From Chiloscyllium plagiosum (lineage: Eukaryota), in NCBI RefSeq assembly GCF_004010195.1, contig NC_057720.1, forward strand, positions 22,775,206 to 22,839,205: 64,000 nt of DNA, given 5' to 3'. The notes under the pieces were generated by a model. The model was not told where the DNA came from. It saw only the letters and a program-made list of their open reading frames with translations, and made no database searches. Each line of letters starts with the position of its first letter. Within the stretch, counting starts at the first letter, position 1. Both the position numbers and the translations under genes were made by a program. Of this stretch, positions 25,298-38,000 are shown piece by piece.

Positions 25298-26009
25298 TTA
25301 ACGAGGCATATGGGATACCAGGCTTCATTACGCGAGGCATAGAGTACAAGAACCAGGAAGTTATGCAGGAAGTCTACAAAACTCTTGTCAAATCACAATT
25401 GGAGCTCAGTATGCAGTTCTGATCACCATTTTACATGATGTGGTTGCAATTGGGAGTGGGTTGCAGTGGAGGTCTACCAAGATGAGGCCTGGGCTGAAGG
25501 GTCTGAGCTATGAGGAAAGATTCATTAAGCTGGAATTGTATTCTTTGGAGCAGAAAAGGTTGAGGGGACTTGACAGAGGTGTATTAGATAATGAAGTGCC
25601 TGAATAGAATGATTGGAAGATACTTCTTGCATTAGTAGACGCAGTTCTGATCACCAATAATGGAAGGACATAGACGTTAGTCAGGAGATTAAAGGCTAAG
25701 AGGGGAGCCAAAGATAGTCTTTTTTTTAAAAAAACCTGGGTGGTGGTGGGACAGCTTGAACTTACTGTCTGATGAAGTGGCAGAGTTAGAAAGACTCGAT
25801 GTTTAAGAAGTATTTATTCACTTGCATTGCCAAAGCCTCCAGGGTTATGGGTGAAGAGTTGGAAAATAGGATTAATGCTGTCAGATCTTTGTTGACTGGC
25901 ATGAACATGTGGTGTCAAGTGGGCTCCTTCTATGCTGTAAATGACATTAAATCTATGAGGCGATGAAAAAGCGTTGAGAAATATCTGTGGATAACAGCAA
26001 TCTGAATTT

Positions 26010-27780
26010 TATTTATTCTTTGGATTTGGTGTTGGTGTTTATGACTGGTCCATCTCTAATTACTCTTAAGATGATAGTAGCAAGTCAGCTGCTTCAATCA
26101 CTGTAGTCCATGTGCTGGAAGTACCCTCACAGTGCTGTTAGGGTCAGGAGTTCTTGGATTTTGACCCAGCTTCAGTGAAAGAACCAGCTTTAGCAATATT
26201 ACTAAGTCACGATAGGAAGGGCTTTCTCTTTATTCATTCCTGGAACATGGACATCGTTGGTGGGACAATGTTTATTTCCCATCCTAAAATGCTGTTGAGA
26301 AGGGTTAAACTGCGTTCTTGGACTGCTGCAGTGCCCATACTGTAGATATGCCCAGAATGCCATTAGTGGTGGAATTACAGAATTTTGACCCAGTAACAGT
26401 GAAGGAACAATATCTACCTAAGTCAGGATGGTGAGTTTGGAGAAAACTTGCAGGTGGTGTTCCCATGTATCTCCTGTCCTTGTCTTTCGAGATGGAAACA
26501 GTTGTGGGTTTGGATGGTGCTGTCTGAGGATCTTTGGTGAATTGTTGCAGTGCATCTCGTAGACAGTACGCACTGAGTAAAAGGGGTGAAGGGAATGGAT
26601 GTAGTGCCAAAGAAGTGGTCTGTTTATCGTCGTTGGTGTCAAGCTTCTTGATTGTTGGAGCTGCACACATCCAGGCAAGTGGGGATTATTCCATCAGACT
26701 CCTGACTTGTGTCTTCTCGATAGTTGATAGGCTTTGGGGAGTAAGAAGGTAAGCTGTGTTCTTAGCCTCTGACCTGCTGTTGTAGCCATTGATTTATGTG
26801 ATGCTTCCAGGTGAGTTTCTGGTCAATGGTAAATCCAAGGATGTTGATTATGGGGGATTCAGTGATGGTACAAGCATTGAATGTGAAGGGGCGGTGATTA
26901 GATTATCTTTTATCGGAGGTGGTCATTACCTAGTGTTTATGTGGCTTGCCATTTTTTAGCCAAGCCTAATATTGTCCAGATCTTGTTGCATTTGAACATG
27001 GATTGCTTCAACATGTTATGAAGATGTTGTTATGAAGATGCACTGTACCTTTAAGAAAGTGAAAAGCTAGCAGAACTACTTGACAGCACCAAGTGTTCTC
27101 AACAAGATACAATGTAGCATGTGGTCCAGCAGTTAGTGTAGCTGGTTGCCTGGAGACAAAAACAAATTCAAATTCGGCCAGTCAGTTTAAATTATACCCC
27201 ATACCTCCAATCAAGTTTGAATTTAATATATTGACAATATTAAAAACCAATGAAACAATCCAATGCTTTGGGGTAAAAGACCAGTTAAAATTGAACAGTT
27301 GGGAGAGAAGACCAATAGATGTAGACTGCTAATCAGAACTGAGACGTACCTGCCTAGAGAAGGAGCCTGCATAGAGAAAATCATTGACCCTGACCTGGAG
27401 AGCAAATCTGCAAAGAGAAGATTTGACAGCTGGCTGGTTTTGAAATTTGAATTTTTCAGTAAATCTTAATCAGGGGATTTTACCATTATAGAAGGAAAAG
27501 TAAAAGATAGGTTAGAGGAAGGAGTTGTAAGTAATTGTTAGTTAATTATTCTCTGTTATACTTTAAGAAATAAAGTTGTTAATTTTTACTTTAAACAGTT
27601 CTTGGACTCTGGAATTTTCACAGATTACTGCACAGGATAAATATTTTCTGTCTTGCTGGTTTAAATTAAGCAGCATGGTTCACCCCATGTCTTAACAAAC
27701 ATCTGAGGAATCCTGAAGATAATGGTGCTCCCATGTTTTTGCTGCCCTTATCTTTATTGCGAGTAAAGGTTGCAGATTTG
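26010..27780 (-). mobile_element. Old L2/CR1-clade LINE 3' fragments hosting a solo LTR
   Basis: Colinear with 49225-50360. The 3' end resembles the DeuSINE-like tail. Confidence 0.7.
27014..27697 (+). mobile_element. Solo LTR (Gypsy-like)
   Basis: TGTTA...TAACA termini, 4-bp TSD AACA (27010-27013 and 27698-27701), internal AATAAA. The host LINE is continuous on removal. Confidence 0.85.
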
Positions 27781-27839
27781 CACTGATATTTAGATAAGTC
27801 ACACTGTTATTTTCTGGGCCTGTAGATTGTGGAGGAGCA

Positions 27840-30800
27840 AAAATAGCCTTTAGTAGAGTGATGTGTGCATCTTGTCAGAGGTGGGAGTTCAAAGAGAGTT
27901 TAAAGGGTTACTGCAGATTATATCTGCAATAATTGCTGTTGGTTGTCAATCTTATCAGATCGAATGGATTGGTTGGAAAGACAGTTAGAAGCAATGAGGA
28001 ATGTTTTGGATAGCAGTTACAGGAATGGGGGAAAGTCTCAGATACAGTCACATAGATGGGTTAACTCCAGGAAAGGTAAGAGAAGTAGGCAGCTAGTGCA
28101 GGAGTCTACTGTGGCTATCCATTTCAAACAGGTATGCTGTTTTGGAAAATATAGGGAGTGATGGATTCTCAGGGGAATGTAACACGAACAGCCAAGTTTC
28201 TGGTATTGAGACTGGCTCTAATGCAACAAGGGGTATGTTGGGTTCCAAGAGATCAATTGTGTTTGGGGATTCTCTAGTCCGAGGTACAGAAAGACGTTTC
28301 TGTGGCCAGCAGCGAAAAAGCAGAATGGTGTGTTGCTTCCCCGGTGCCAGGATCAAGGATGTCTCAGAGAGGGTGCAAAATGTTCTCACAGGAGAGATGG
28401 GCCAGCAAGAGGTCATTGTCCACATTGGAAACAATGACATAGGAAGGGAAAAGGTCATGATTTTGAAGGGAGATTACAGAGAATTAGGCAGGAATTTAAA
28501 AAGGAGGTCCTCGAGAGTAGTAATATCTGGATTACTGTGTTACGAGCTAGTGAGGGCAGGAACAGTAGGATAGAGCAGATAAATGCATGGCTGAGAAGCT
28601 GGTGTGTGGGAGAAGGATTCACATTTTTAGATCATTGGGATCTCTTTTAGGGTAGAAGTGACGTGTACAAGAAGGACAGATTGCACCTAAATTGGAAGGG
28701 GACTAATATACTGGCAGGGAAATTTGCTAGAGTTGCTCGGGAGGATTTAAACTAGTAAGGTGGCGGGGGTGGAATGGGACCCAGGGAGATAGTGAGGAAA
28801 GAGATCAATCTAAGACTGGTACAGTTGAGAACAGAAATGAGTCAAACAGTCAGGACAAGCAGGGACAAGGTAGGACTAATAAATTAAACTGCACTTATTT
28901 CAATGCAAGGGGTGTAACAGGGAAAGCAGATGAACTCAGGGCTTGGTTAGGAACATGGGTCTGGGATACCATAGCAATTACAGAAACATGGCTCAGGGAT
29001 GGATAGGACTGGCAACTTAATATTCCAGGATGCAAATGCTACGGGAAGGATAGAAAGGGAGGCAAGAGAGGAGGGGGAGTGGCGTTTTTGATAAGGGATA
29101 CCATTTCAGCTGTGCTGAGGGAGGGTATTCCTGGAAATACATCTAGGGAAGTTATTTGGGTGGAACTGAGAAATAAGAAAGGGATGGTCGCCTTATTGGG
29201 ATTGTATTATAGACCCCTAATAGCCAGAGGGAAATTGAGAAACAAACTTGTGAGGAGATCTCAGTTATCTGTAAGAATAATAGGGTGGTTATGGTAGGGG
29301 ATTTTAACTTTCCAAACATAGACTGTTTTCCAAACATGGTGTTAAAGGTTTAGATGGAGAGGAATTTGTTAAGTGTATACAAGAAAATTTTCTGATTCAG
29401 TATGTGGATGTACCTGCTAGAGAAGGTGCAAAACTTGACCGACTCTTTGGGAAAAAAGGCAGGGCAGGTGACTGAGGTGTCAATGGGGGAGCACTTTGGG
29501 ACCAGCAACCATAATTCTATTAGACTTAGAAGAGTGATGGAAAAGGATAGACCATATCTAAAAGTTGAAGTTCTAAACTGGAGGAAGGCCAACTTTGATG
29601 GTATTAGGCAAGAGCTTTCAAAAGCTGATTGGGGACAGATGTTCGCAGGTAAAGGGATAGCTGGAAAATGGGAAGCCTTCAGAAGTGAGATAACGAGAAT
29701 CCAGAGAAAATATATTCCTGTTCGGGTGAAAGGAAAGGCTGGCAGGTATAGGGAATGATGGATGACTAAAGAAATTGAGGGCTTGGTTAAGAAAAATAAT
29801 GAAGCAAATGTCAGGTATAGACAGGATAGATCGAGTGAATCCTGAGAGGAGTATAAAGGAAGTAGGAGTATACTTCAGAGGGAAATCAGGAGGTCAAAAA
29901 GGGGACATGAGATAGCTTTGGCAAATAGAATTAAGGAGAATCCAAAGGGTTTGTACAAATACATTAAGGACAAAAGGGTAACTAGGGAGAGAATAGGACC
30001 CCTCAAAGATCAACAAGGCAGCTTTTGTGTGGAGCCGCAGAAAATGGGGAAGATACTAAATGAGTATTTTGCATCAGTATTTACTGTAGAAAAGGATATG
30101 GAAGATATAGAATGTAGGGAAATAGTTGGTGACACCTTGCAAAATGTCCAGATTACAGAGGAGGAAGTGCTGGATGTCTTTAAACGGGTAAACGTAGATA
30201 CATCCCCAGGACCTGATCAGGTGTACTCTCGAACTCTGTGGGAAGCTGGAGAAGTGATTGCTGGGCCCCTTGCTGAGATATTTGTATCATCAATAGTCAC
30301 AAGTGAGGTGCCGGAATACTGGAGGTTGGCAAACGTGGTGCCACTGTTTAAGAAGGGTGGTAAGATCAAGACAGGGAACCACAGACAAGTGAGCCTGACG
30401 TCGGTGATGGGCAAGTTGTTGGAGGGAATCCTGAGGAACAGGATTTACATGTATTTGGAAAGGCAAGGACCAATTAGGGATAGTCAACATGGCTTTGTGC
30501 ATGGGAAATCACGTCTCACAAATTTGATTGAGTTTTTTGAAGAAGTAACAAAGTGGATTGATGAGGGCAGAGTGGTAGATGTGATCTGTATGCACTTCAG
30601 TAAGGCATTCGACAAGGTTCCCCATGGGAAATTGGTTAGCAAGGTTAGATCTCATGGAATACAGGAAGAACTAGCCATTTGGATACAGAACTGGTTCAAA
30701 GGTAGAAGACAGAGGGTGTTGGTGGAGGCCAATGGGCTGAGAAGTGGCAGATGGAGTTTAATTCAGATAAATGCGAAGTGCCGCATTTTGGGAAAGCAAA

Positions 30801-31563
30801 TCTTAGCAGGACTTATACACTTAATGGAAAGGTCCTAGGGAGTGTTGCTGAACAAAGAGACCTTGGAGTGCAGGTTCATAGCTCTTTGAAAGTGGAGTCG
30901 CAGGTAGATAGGATGGTGAAGAAGGCGTTTGGTATGCTTTCCTTTATTGGTCAGAGTATTGAGTACAGGAGTTGAGAGATCATGTCGCAGCTGTACAGGA
31001 CATTGGTTAGGCCACTGTTGGAATATTGCGTGCAATTCAGGTCTCCTTCATATCAGAAAGATGTTGTGAAACTTGAAAGGGTTCAGAAAAGATTTACAAG
31101 AGTGTTGCCAGGATTGGAGAATTTGCGCTATAGGGAGAGGCTGAACAGGCTGGGGCTGTTTTCCTTGGAGCATCGGAGCTGAGGGGTGACCTTTTAGAGG
31201 TTTACAAAATTATGAGGGGCATGGATAGGATAAATAGACAAAGTCTTTTCCCTAGGGTCAGGGAGTCCAGTACTGGAGGGCATAGGTTTAGGGTGAGAGG
31301 GGAAAGATATAAAAGAGACCTAAGGGGCAACGTTTTCACGCAGAGGGTGGTATGTATACGGAACGAGCTGCCAGAGGAAGTGGTGGAGGTTGGTACTATT
31401 GCAACATTTAAAAGGCATCTGGATGGGTATATGAATAGGAAGGGTTTGGAGGGATATCTGCCAGGTGCTGGCAGTTGGGACTAGGTTGGGTTGGGATATC
31501 TGGTCAGCATGGACGGGTTGGACCAAAGGGTCTGTTTCTGTGCTGTACATCTCTATGACTCTA
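27840..31563 (+). mobile_element. Near-full-length CR1/HER1-type LINE, inactive (ORF1 with GDSL/SGNH esterase; ORF2 APE-RT)
   Basis: IVFGDSLVRG...VHIGNND (ORF 28142-28573), YFNARG...AITETWL near 28895-28995, RT ORF 29918-30838, CTCTATGACT tail. Stops, frameshifts and loss of the RT core at about 30728. Confidence 0.97.
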
Positions 31564-32023
31564 AGTCAAATTGCACAGATTTTTAAAAAAAGAATGCAAC
31601 TTTACACCAAAAATTATGGTCAGAACTTTAACAAGTTCCTTTAAAACAGACTCAAGCTTAAAAAAAAGTCATAAACACTGCCAGATCCATCACTTACTAA
31701 AGGGAATGCTTGAATTTTCCGAGTTTCTGAACAATATGGGCAATGGCATTTCCATTGGGAAAATGTGGCAAGATAAGAAAAATGTAATTCTCCAAATTGA
31801 AAAGAAGTCCAATTCTCCATCCTTCTTTGCATCAATTTACACCTAATTACTATTTAATCTCAACTCATTTATTTGCAATGTCCTATTTCTCTGTGCGGCT
31901 GAGAGAAACTAGATGGTGAAAAGTCCTGACATGCAAGTCAGAGCTGGTATCTGGTGGCTCCAGTTCACTGCTTGCTCCTCCAGGCCTCCATATTGGACAG
32001 CAGTCCCCAACATCTCACGGTAT

Positions 32024-32150
32024 AAATACCTCCCTATTTCTCCCTTTTTTTAGCTTTGACAAAGGGTCAGTTAGACTCGAAACATAAGCTCTTTTCTCTC
32101 CTTACAGATGCTTTCAGACCTGCTGAGATTTTCCAGCATTTTCTCTTTTG
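32024..32150 (+). mobile_element. Short PLE 3' terminus with decayed hammerhead
   Basis: TTGACAAAGGGTCAGTTAGACTCGAAACATA motif. 12-bp TSD ATCTCACGGTAT at 32012-32023 and 32151-32162. Confidence 0.8.
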
Positions 32151-33442
32151 ATCTCACGGTATGCTTCACATCAGTGGCTGTTTGCTCCCATATCCCCAGA
32201 GTTCGGCACTGACCATGCACCAACCTCAGCAAATCATTACATCACACTGAGACCCACTTAGAATATAGTTCTCCACTTCAATGTTTCACTGGAGAGCACA
32301 CCAGCACCTTCCATCTCCACATTGCTGCTCTCTTTGCTTGCTCTCTTCACACCTACTTAAATACACACATCATTCTGCCTTGCCTTTTACCACTTTGCTG
32401 TCTTATTCAGAACTTAAAGGCTGAAGGATATTTTGATCTTGCTTTGCAACTTAATATAGACATGAAGCCAGGCAGCTTGTCAGTGATCAGTAAAAGGATA
32501 GACACGTTGCAGTACGGCAGTGTACTATATCAATGTCACATCTACAGCAGACGTGAGCAGTTTACATGATAAATAGGCTGCATGTGCTTTAACCAAATGA
32601 CCACATCTTAAAGTCTAAGGGGAGTAGTTCCTCACTCAAGTCAAGGGAACTGTCATCAGGCAGGCAGTGTCACCACAGTCAGAGGCAGCATTCAACCCCA
32701 GTCCTGGGCCTTTGACACAGTCAGTTGGTCATTTGGCTAGTAAGGGTCCAGGGTTCCATATCATTGCTGTCCAGGGAGTGGGCCACAGTCAATACTGCAA
32801 GACCAGTGCAAATCAGTTGGGGGCTACTGATAATTCAGTCAGGGGCATTTATAATGATCAAGTGTGGCTTGGTGGGACTCTCCATCCAAGTCAGTCACAT
32901 GTTATGCCACAATCAGTGTCTGCTCACCTAAAGTCAAGAGGTTCATTGGGAGGTTATCACTGGGAGAGGTGGGTGAGTTACTTGCCAGAATTGGAGGCAT
33001 CATGAAAGGATTCAAAGGGATAATACATGTGAAGGGAGATAACATGACTGAAAAGAGGAGATTGTAGTGCTTGGAGGACATGGATTACAGTGGGAGTGGG
33101 TATTACTGAAGATCACCACTATCCTGACTGCTACAGTGGGGATTTACGGCAGTACAATAGTTGGCACAGCTAAGCAATAGGGCAGGGACTGAGGAGGTAA
33201 TGTGAGGGGACAAAGATGTAAATGAACAACTTGGGTAGGAATATGCAGAAGTACTGATGGAGTCAAACAGGGAGTGCAAGGGGGAAAGGAACATAAAGGT
33301 TTAGTTGAATACTCTGGATTACAAGCTGAGCCTGTGATCCCGTTTGTGAACTGCGACCTTGCCTTGCTTTCCATACTCATTTGAATGATTAATGTCCAAT
33401 GAAGATGGATCATTGCTGCAACCTTTCTCTTGACAGCGAGAA

Positions 33443-33525
33443 CAAGAGAGAGAGCGAGAGAGAGACAGAGTGAGAGTGACAGCAAGAGAGAGTGAAAGAG
33501 AATGTGTGTATGTGTGGTGTGTATG
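33443..33525. repeat. Imperfect (GA)n then (TG)n microsatellite
   Basis: Seen directly in the sequence. Confidence 0.85.
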
Positions 33526-34555
33526 CCGTGCCATGCAGTACATTCCACTTAAGGAATGCTACACAATCTAAGCATGTTATGCTCTGATCAACTGCAGCAG
33601 GGAAAGAGGTATGGTGATAGATGCTGAAGAGAGGATCAGTCTTTTGAGGAGGAACAAGAGGACACTGCTGAAGGAACATAATGACAGAGTGATGCAGCAT
33701 CAGGCAGGACTTAAATGCCACCCAGTTCCCAGTGAATTGGATGAAGTGATCATTCAAAGTCTAGAAATTTATTATTGCTCAGAGCAGAAGTGATCCGTAT
33801 GTGTTAGTAAATGGAAAATAATTTGAGTACTGTAGCGTGCAGTTAATATATCAGCTAATCACTAACTAAATACTTCTATGCTCCAGCATAGGGATAGCCA
33901 ATATTTTGTTCATAGGGTCACATATACACAAAAAAGGAGCAAATAATACTAAAGTGCAAGCTCTCCTAAACTCTCTCATGAAGTTTGAAAACGTCAGGCC
34001 CTCCATTATGGTTCCCAGATCTGTAGTAAATGATGAAAAAAAAACTTGTTCAAAACCACCAAACAGGTCAGTGATCCCCAATTAGTTGATTTAAATCAGA
34101 GGATGTGCGGCCTCTTTCACACTTGTGGGCCCTAAAATATCGAAACGACAAGGCTTCAAATACGTTGATCACGCAATAAAAATAATTATCAGAGGCTATT
34201 CAGAGAGATGTATCATAAGGCACTCGATTAAAACACAAAGTTGTTCTAATATGTAAGACTGGAAGTTTATTTTCATCAGAAGTGAACAAAGCACTGCCGG
34301 GCCAGGGTTGAAATTTGTTAAATTTTATCTTGTTATAACATAGTCAACCTGATGCTGACTATAGCAATTGTAATCAGATTCACAAACAAAGGTTGTTTTA
34401 CAATAATAACAGTATCTATTCTGTAAATACATTAAAATATTTATTAGTATATAATAAATGCTCAATGAATACATTCTCACAAAGTACAATGAATTTAATC
34501 CGTTTATAGTGTTACAGCTATAAGCAAAACAAAATGTTCACCAAACAAAATATAC

Positions 34556-34585
34556 CTGCAGACGTTCAGAAAAGGGCAAGCACAT
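34556..34585 (-). CDS. Candidate alternative first coding exon (MCLPFSERLQ), gene unknown
   Basis: ATG followed by 10 codons ending at CAG|GTATAT, phase 0, in repeat-poor DNA with retained CpGs. No homology recognised. Confidence 0.25.
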
Positions 34586-36067
34586 ACATAGTGCAGCACA
34601 ACCAGTTGTATTCTCTCTTGCAGATTAAGGCAGCAGGAATGGTTCCCCTTCAGTGCAAGACTGACTTTTACGGGGTCTGCGGCACTCTCATAGAAACGTT
34701 CATGATATTCCTGACTTATAGCCCTTCTCAATTCCCAGTATACACTCCTTTCTGATGTAATGAGTAAGCTGTAAAGGGTGTGATTATGGACCTCCTGCTC
34801 CTAAGCTCGTCTCCCCTCCCGCACACCAACCCTTCCATATTCCTATTTTCAAACACACAAGTTCTGCCACCTATTAGCCAAAGGAGTCCTGGGATGAGAA
34901 AAGGGAACAACAGCACTGCATTCATGAAAAGGCTGCATGTCTTGGTATGACACGTGGCAGCCAGCAGTTTGGAGATTGGCACTGTATGTAACTTGGTAGC
35001 AAAGAGGTGTTGAGTGAGCTGAGAAATCTGGAACAATGTGAGAAATGAGCTCTGCTGCAGGGCACTCAAAAAAGGACCTGAATAAGGAATCCTACAGAGA
35101 AGTACTGAGTGGGTGTGTACACCAAGCTGCCCTGTTACATACATCCCCCATTTATGATCAGAGACCATGGAGGAGTCCAGCTCCAATTTAGTAATGGACT
35201 TTCTGCTCTATCTCCCTACCATGCTGCAGCTGCTGGTCTCACAACTGTTCGAGCCTGTATGTGAAACCAGTCACCTTTTCATTTGGTACTCTTGTCAGGA
35301 TGGAGTACAATCTCTGGCAAATCCAAGAAATCACCTCCAAAAGCACACCAAACACACAGTCCAGGAGAATATGTTCCAAGCATTTAGCATACCTACAAAT
35401 AGGATTATCCAACCTGCAACTTTATACTGTTTTCATACTTATTGGGTTGCTGGCACTAGGTGAAGGAGACCTTAACAGACAAGGGAGATTTATTCTATTT
35501 GCTATGTATGAAGGAAGACTGAATTGGGGATTAGAGGATAAGAATAGTGTAGCCTTCTGTATATTCCAGAGTTTTGTTTCCATCTGGAATGTCGCTCAAA
35601 TAAAACCATCGAATAAACCTATACCCAGTCTCCAGTAGTTATTTAAAAATCAAAAAAACATACCGATACTATACTGTGCCCAACATTACCACAACTGTTG
35701 ACCTATAAACAATTCTCTCCAATGTTTGCTGTCCCTTGCTATTTGTTAGCACCATATGCAGAATCTACATACTGATCCTTCAATCTTAGATCCTCTCTTA
35801 TCAATGTACTGTTCTCGTTCTTTAAGAGAATGCTAATCCATTTCCTTTTGGCCCATTCTTTCCAAATCTCTCATATTCTTGGATATTTAGTTCCCAGTCT
35901 TGGTCAGCCTGTAGCCAAGTCTCTTCAATTGCAATAATAATGAAATAAATGGGTAAGATTTCAGAGTTCAGTCAACATTTTTGGTGAAAGCTTAATGCAT
36001 TCAGATACAATGCCTTTAGTTCTGCTTTTGTTACATCATTCTTTATTCTTACACTATATGATTCCTG

Positions 36068-36380
36068 ATTTGGAGACACCGGTGTTGGACTGGGGTGTAC
36101 AAAGTTAAAAATCACACAACACCAGGTTTTAGTCCATCAGGTTTATTTGGAAGCACTAGCTTTCGGAGTGCTGCTCCTTCATCAAGTGGTTGTGGAGAAT
36201 AAGATTGTAAGACACAGAATTTATAGCAAAAGTTTACAGTGTGATGCAACTGAAATTATATATGGAAAACAACCTGGATTGTTTGATAAGTCTCTCATCT
36301 TTTTGAATGACCATGCTGGTTTCAGTTCTTTCATATGTAAATCGCAAAACGTTTTCAAAAAGAGTTACATTCTCAAGTGC
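36068..36380 (-). mobile_element. PLE family C pseudo-LTR fragment
   Basis: Matches 53853-54080. Hammerhead UUGAUGA-AGGAGCAGCACUCC-GAAAGCUA on the minus strand at about 36156-36186. Confidence 0.85.
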
Positions 36381-36685
36381 TTCTGTCCAATCCGAGTTCC
36401 CCCTCAGGCTCCAGTTCCCTCTGCCAATCTGTCTTAAACCGCCCAAACAGCACATTTTCCTATGAGTAGATTAAAACTGAACCTCTGAAGATGAAGCCAC
36501 AAAGTCAGCCCCAGTGCTATTGTCACTAGCATGAGAGTGTGGAAATCATCTGGAGTTGACTACTTTTGAGGTTCTGATTTTTAACTTCCTTCTTAGCTCT
36601 CTGAAATCTGATTTCAGGATGATATTGCTAAAGGATGGCAACAGATAAGAAATAACATGAGAATAAGTATATTTCCTTGACAGTA

Positions 36686-36800
36686 GGGGATTCTTGTGAC
36701 TCAACAGTAGTGTCCCTACCTCTGAAGGAAGGCAGCCAGTATTCAAGTCTCACCTGCACCAGAGGGGTGTCATAACATAGCTGAACAGGTTCATTAAAAA
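36686..36800 (+). mobile_element. Short tRNA-derived SINE
   Basis: Similar to 14219-14330 (AGTGTCCCTACCTC...TTCAAG). Confidence 0.55.
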
Positions 36801-36984
36801 TGTCTAAATCTTTAAGGGAGTCCAAAAGTAACAATGAAAAATACAATATCAACACAGCACGACACTGGATAGCCAAATAAAGGTGGCATTAAGACTCAAG
36901 GATTGCAATAATATGTCCACACCCAGTGTGCTTTGAACAAGAGAGTGCTGGAGAAACTGAGGAAGGTTTGAAGCTGGCTGTCCA

Positions 36985-37375
36985 GGAACTTCTTTTATTG
37001 GAGCATGAGAGGTTGGTGGGCGATCTTGTAAAGATTGATAAAATCATGAGGGGCATAGGTAAGGTGAATAGTAAAGGTCTTTTCCTTACAGAGGGCTGTT
37101 CAAAACTAGGGGGCATAATTTTAAGGTGAGAGGAGAAAAATTTAAAAGGGACCTAAGAGGCAACATTTTCCACACAGAGGGTGTTTTTATGTGGAATGAA
37201 GGAAGTAGTAGAATCAGATACAGTTACAACATTCAAAAGACATTTGGATAAGTACAAGAATAGGAAATGTTTGGAGGGATATGGGCCAAATGCAGGCAAG
37301 TGGGACGAGTTTAGTTTGGGAACATGGTCGACATGGTCTAGATGGACCAAAGGGTCTGTTTCTGTGCTGTATGCC
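36985..37375 (+). mobile_element. CR1 3' fragment
   Basis: VTTFKRHLDKY in ORF 37181-37537, followed by a CR1 3' UTR. Confidence 0.85.
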
Positions 37376-37807
37376 TGTCTGGCAGCATCTCTCTTCTTTA
37401 AAATGCTAGGTTTAACTCTATATTTCTCTCTACTGATGCTGTGTTTCTGCAGCACACTATGTTTTTCTTCTGTGTTTCCAGCATTCACAATTCTTTATGT
37501 TTATTCTAGGTGTGGATGGGAGGCTTGTTTGACATAGAAGGAGCATGGACAGCTCACCCCAAGGTTCAGGTATGGCCATAATAGAGTGTATGCAAGCACC
37601 AAAGTCAGCAGCCCATTCCCACTCGTATAGAAATAAATTATTATGAAGAGTCAATTGACATAGTTTTGGAAGTGGGAATTCCCACTGTTAAAGATCTGTT
37701 TTTAAAAAGTGGTAAAGTTTGGGGAAGGGGGCACTTTCATTGGAGGGTCTTGTGCGTGTTCCATTTCCCAAACTCATACTCCACTCCCAATGAGTTCTTG
37801 GAACACG

Positions 37808-38000
37808 TTGTGGCGATGTTGGTGTTGGGCTGGGGTGGACAAAGTCAGAAATCACACGACACCGGGTTATAGTCCAACACGTTTATTTGACAAAGTTAAA
37901 AATCACACAACAGGTTATAGTCCAACAGTTTGGACTATAACCTGGTGTTATGTGATTATTAACTTTGTCCACCCCAGGCCAGCACCGGCTCCTCCACATG
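37808..38000. mobile_element. Palindromic PLE family C mini-element with internal tandem duplication
   Basis: GACAAAGT...GGTTATAGTCCAACA occurs twice, then its reverse complement. Confidence 0.8.

Larger units (their letters stand above)
21740..25960 (+). mobile_element. Very old fragmented CR1 carrying nested younger elements
   Basis: Decayed ORF1 end (about 21750-21900), APE/RT remnants (SKAFDKVPHDRL in ORF 23827-24030) and 3' region at 25300-25950. Confidence 0.7.

Noticed and set aside
34728..35186. 152-aa minus-strand ORF as a gene
   Set aside because: It starts at TTG, has no recognisable domain and overlaps promoter-like sequence.
35385..35405. Minus-strand TTTGTAG|GTATG as a recursive splice site
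   Set aside because: A short motif expected by chance, with no other support.
37808..38000. CRISPR-like or DNA-transposon inverted repeat
   Set aside because: The units are PLE family C termini, with no regular unique spacers and no cas or transposase genes.
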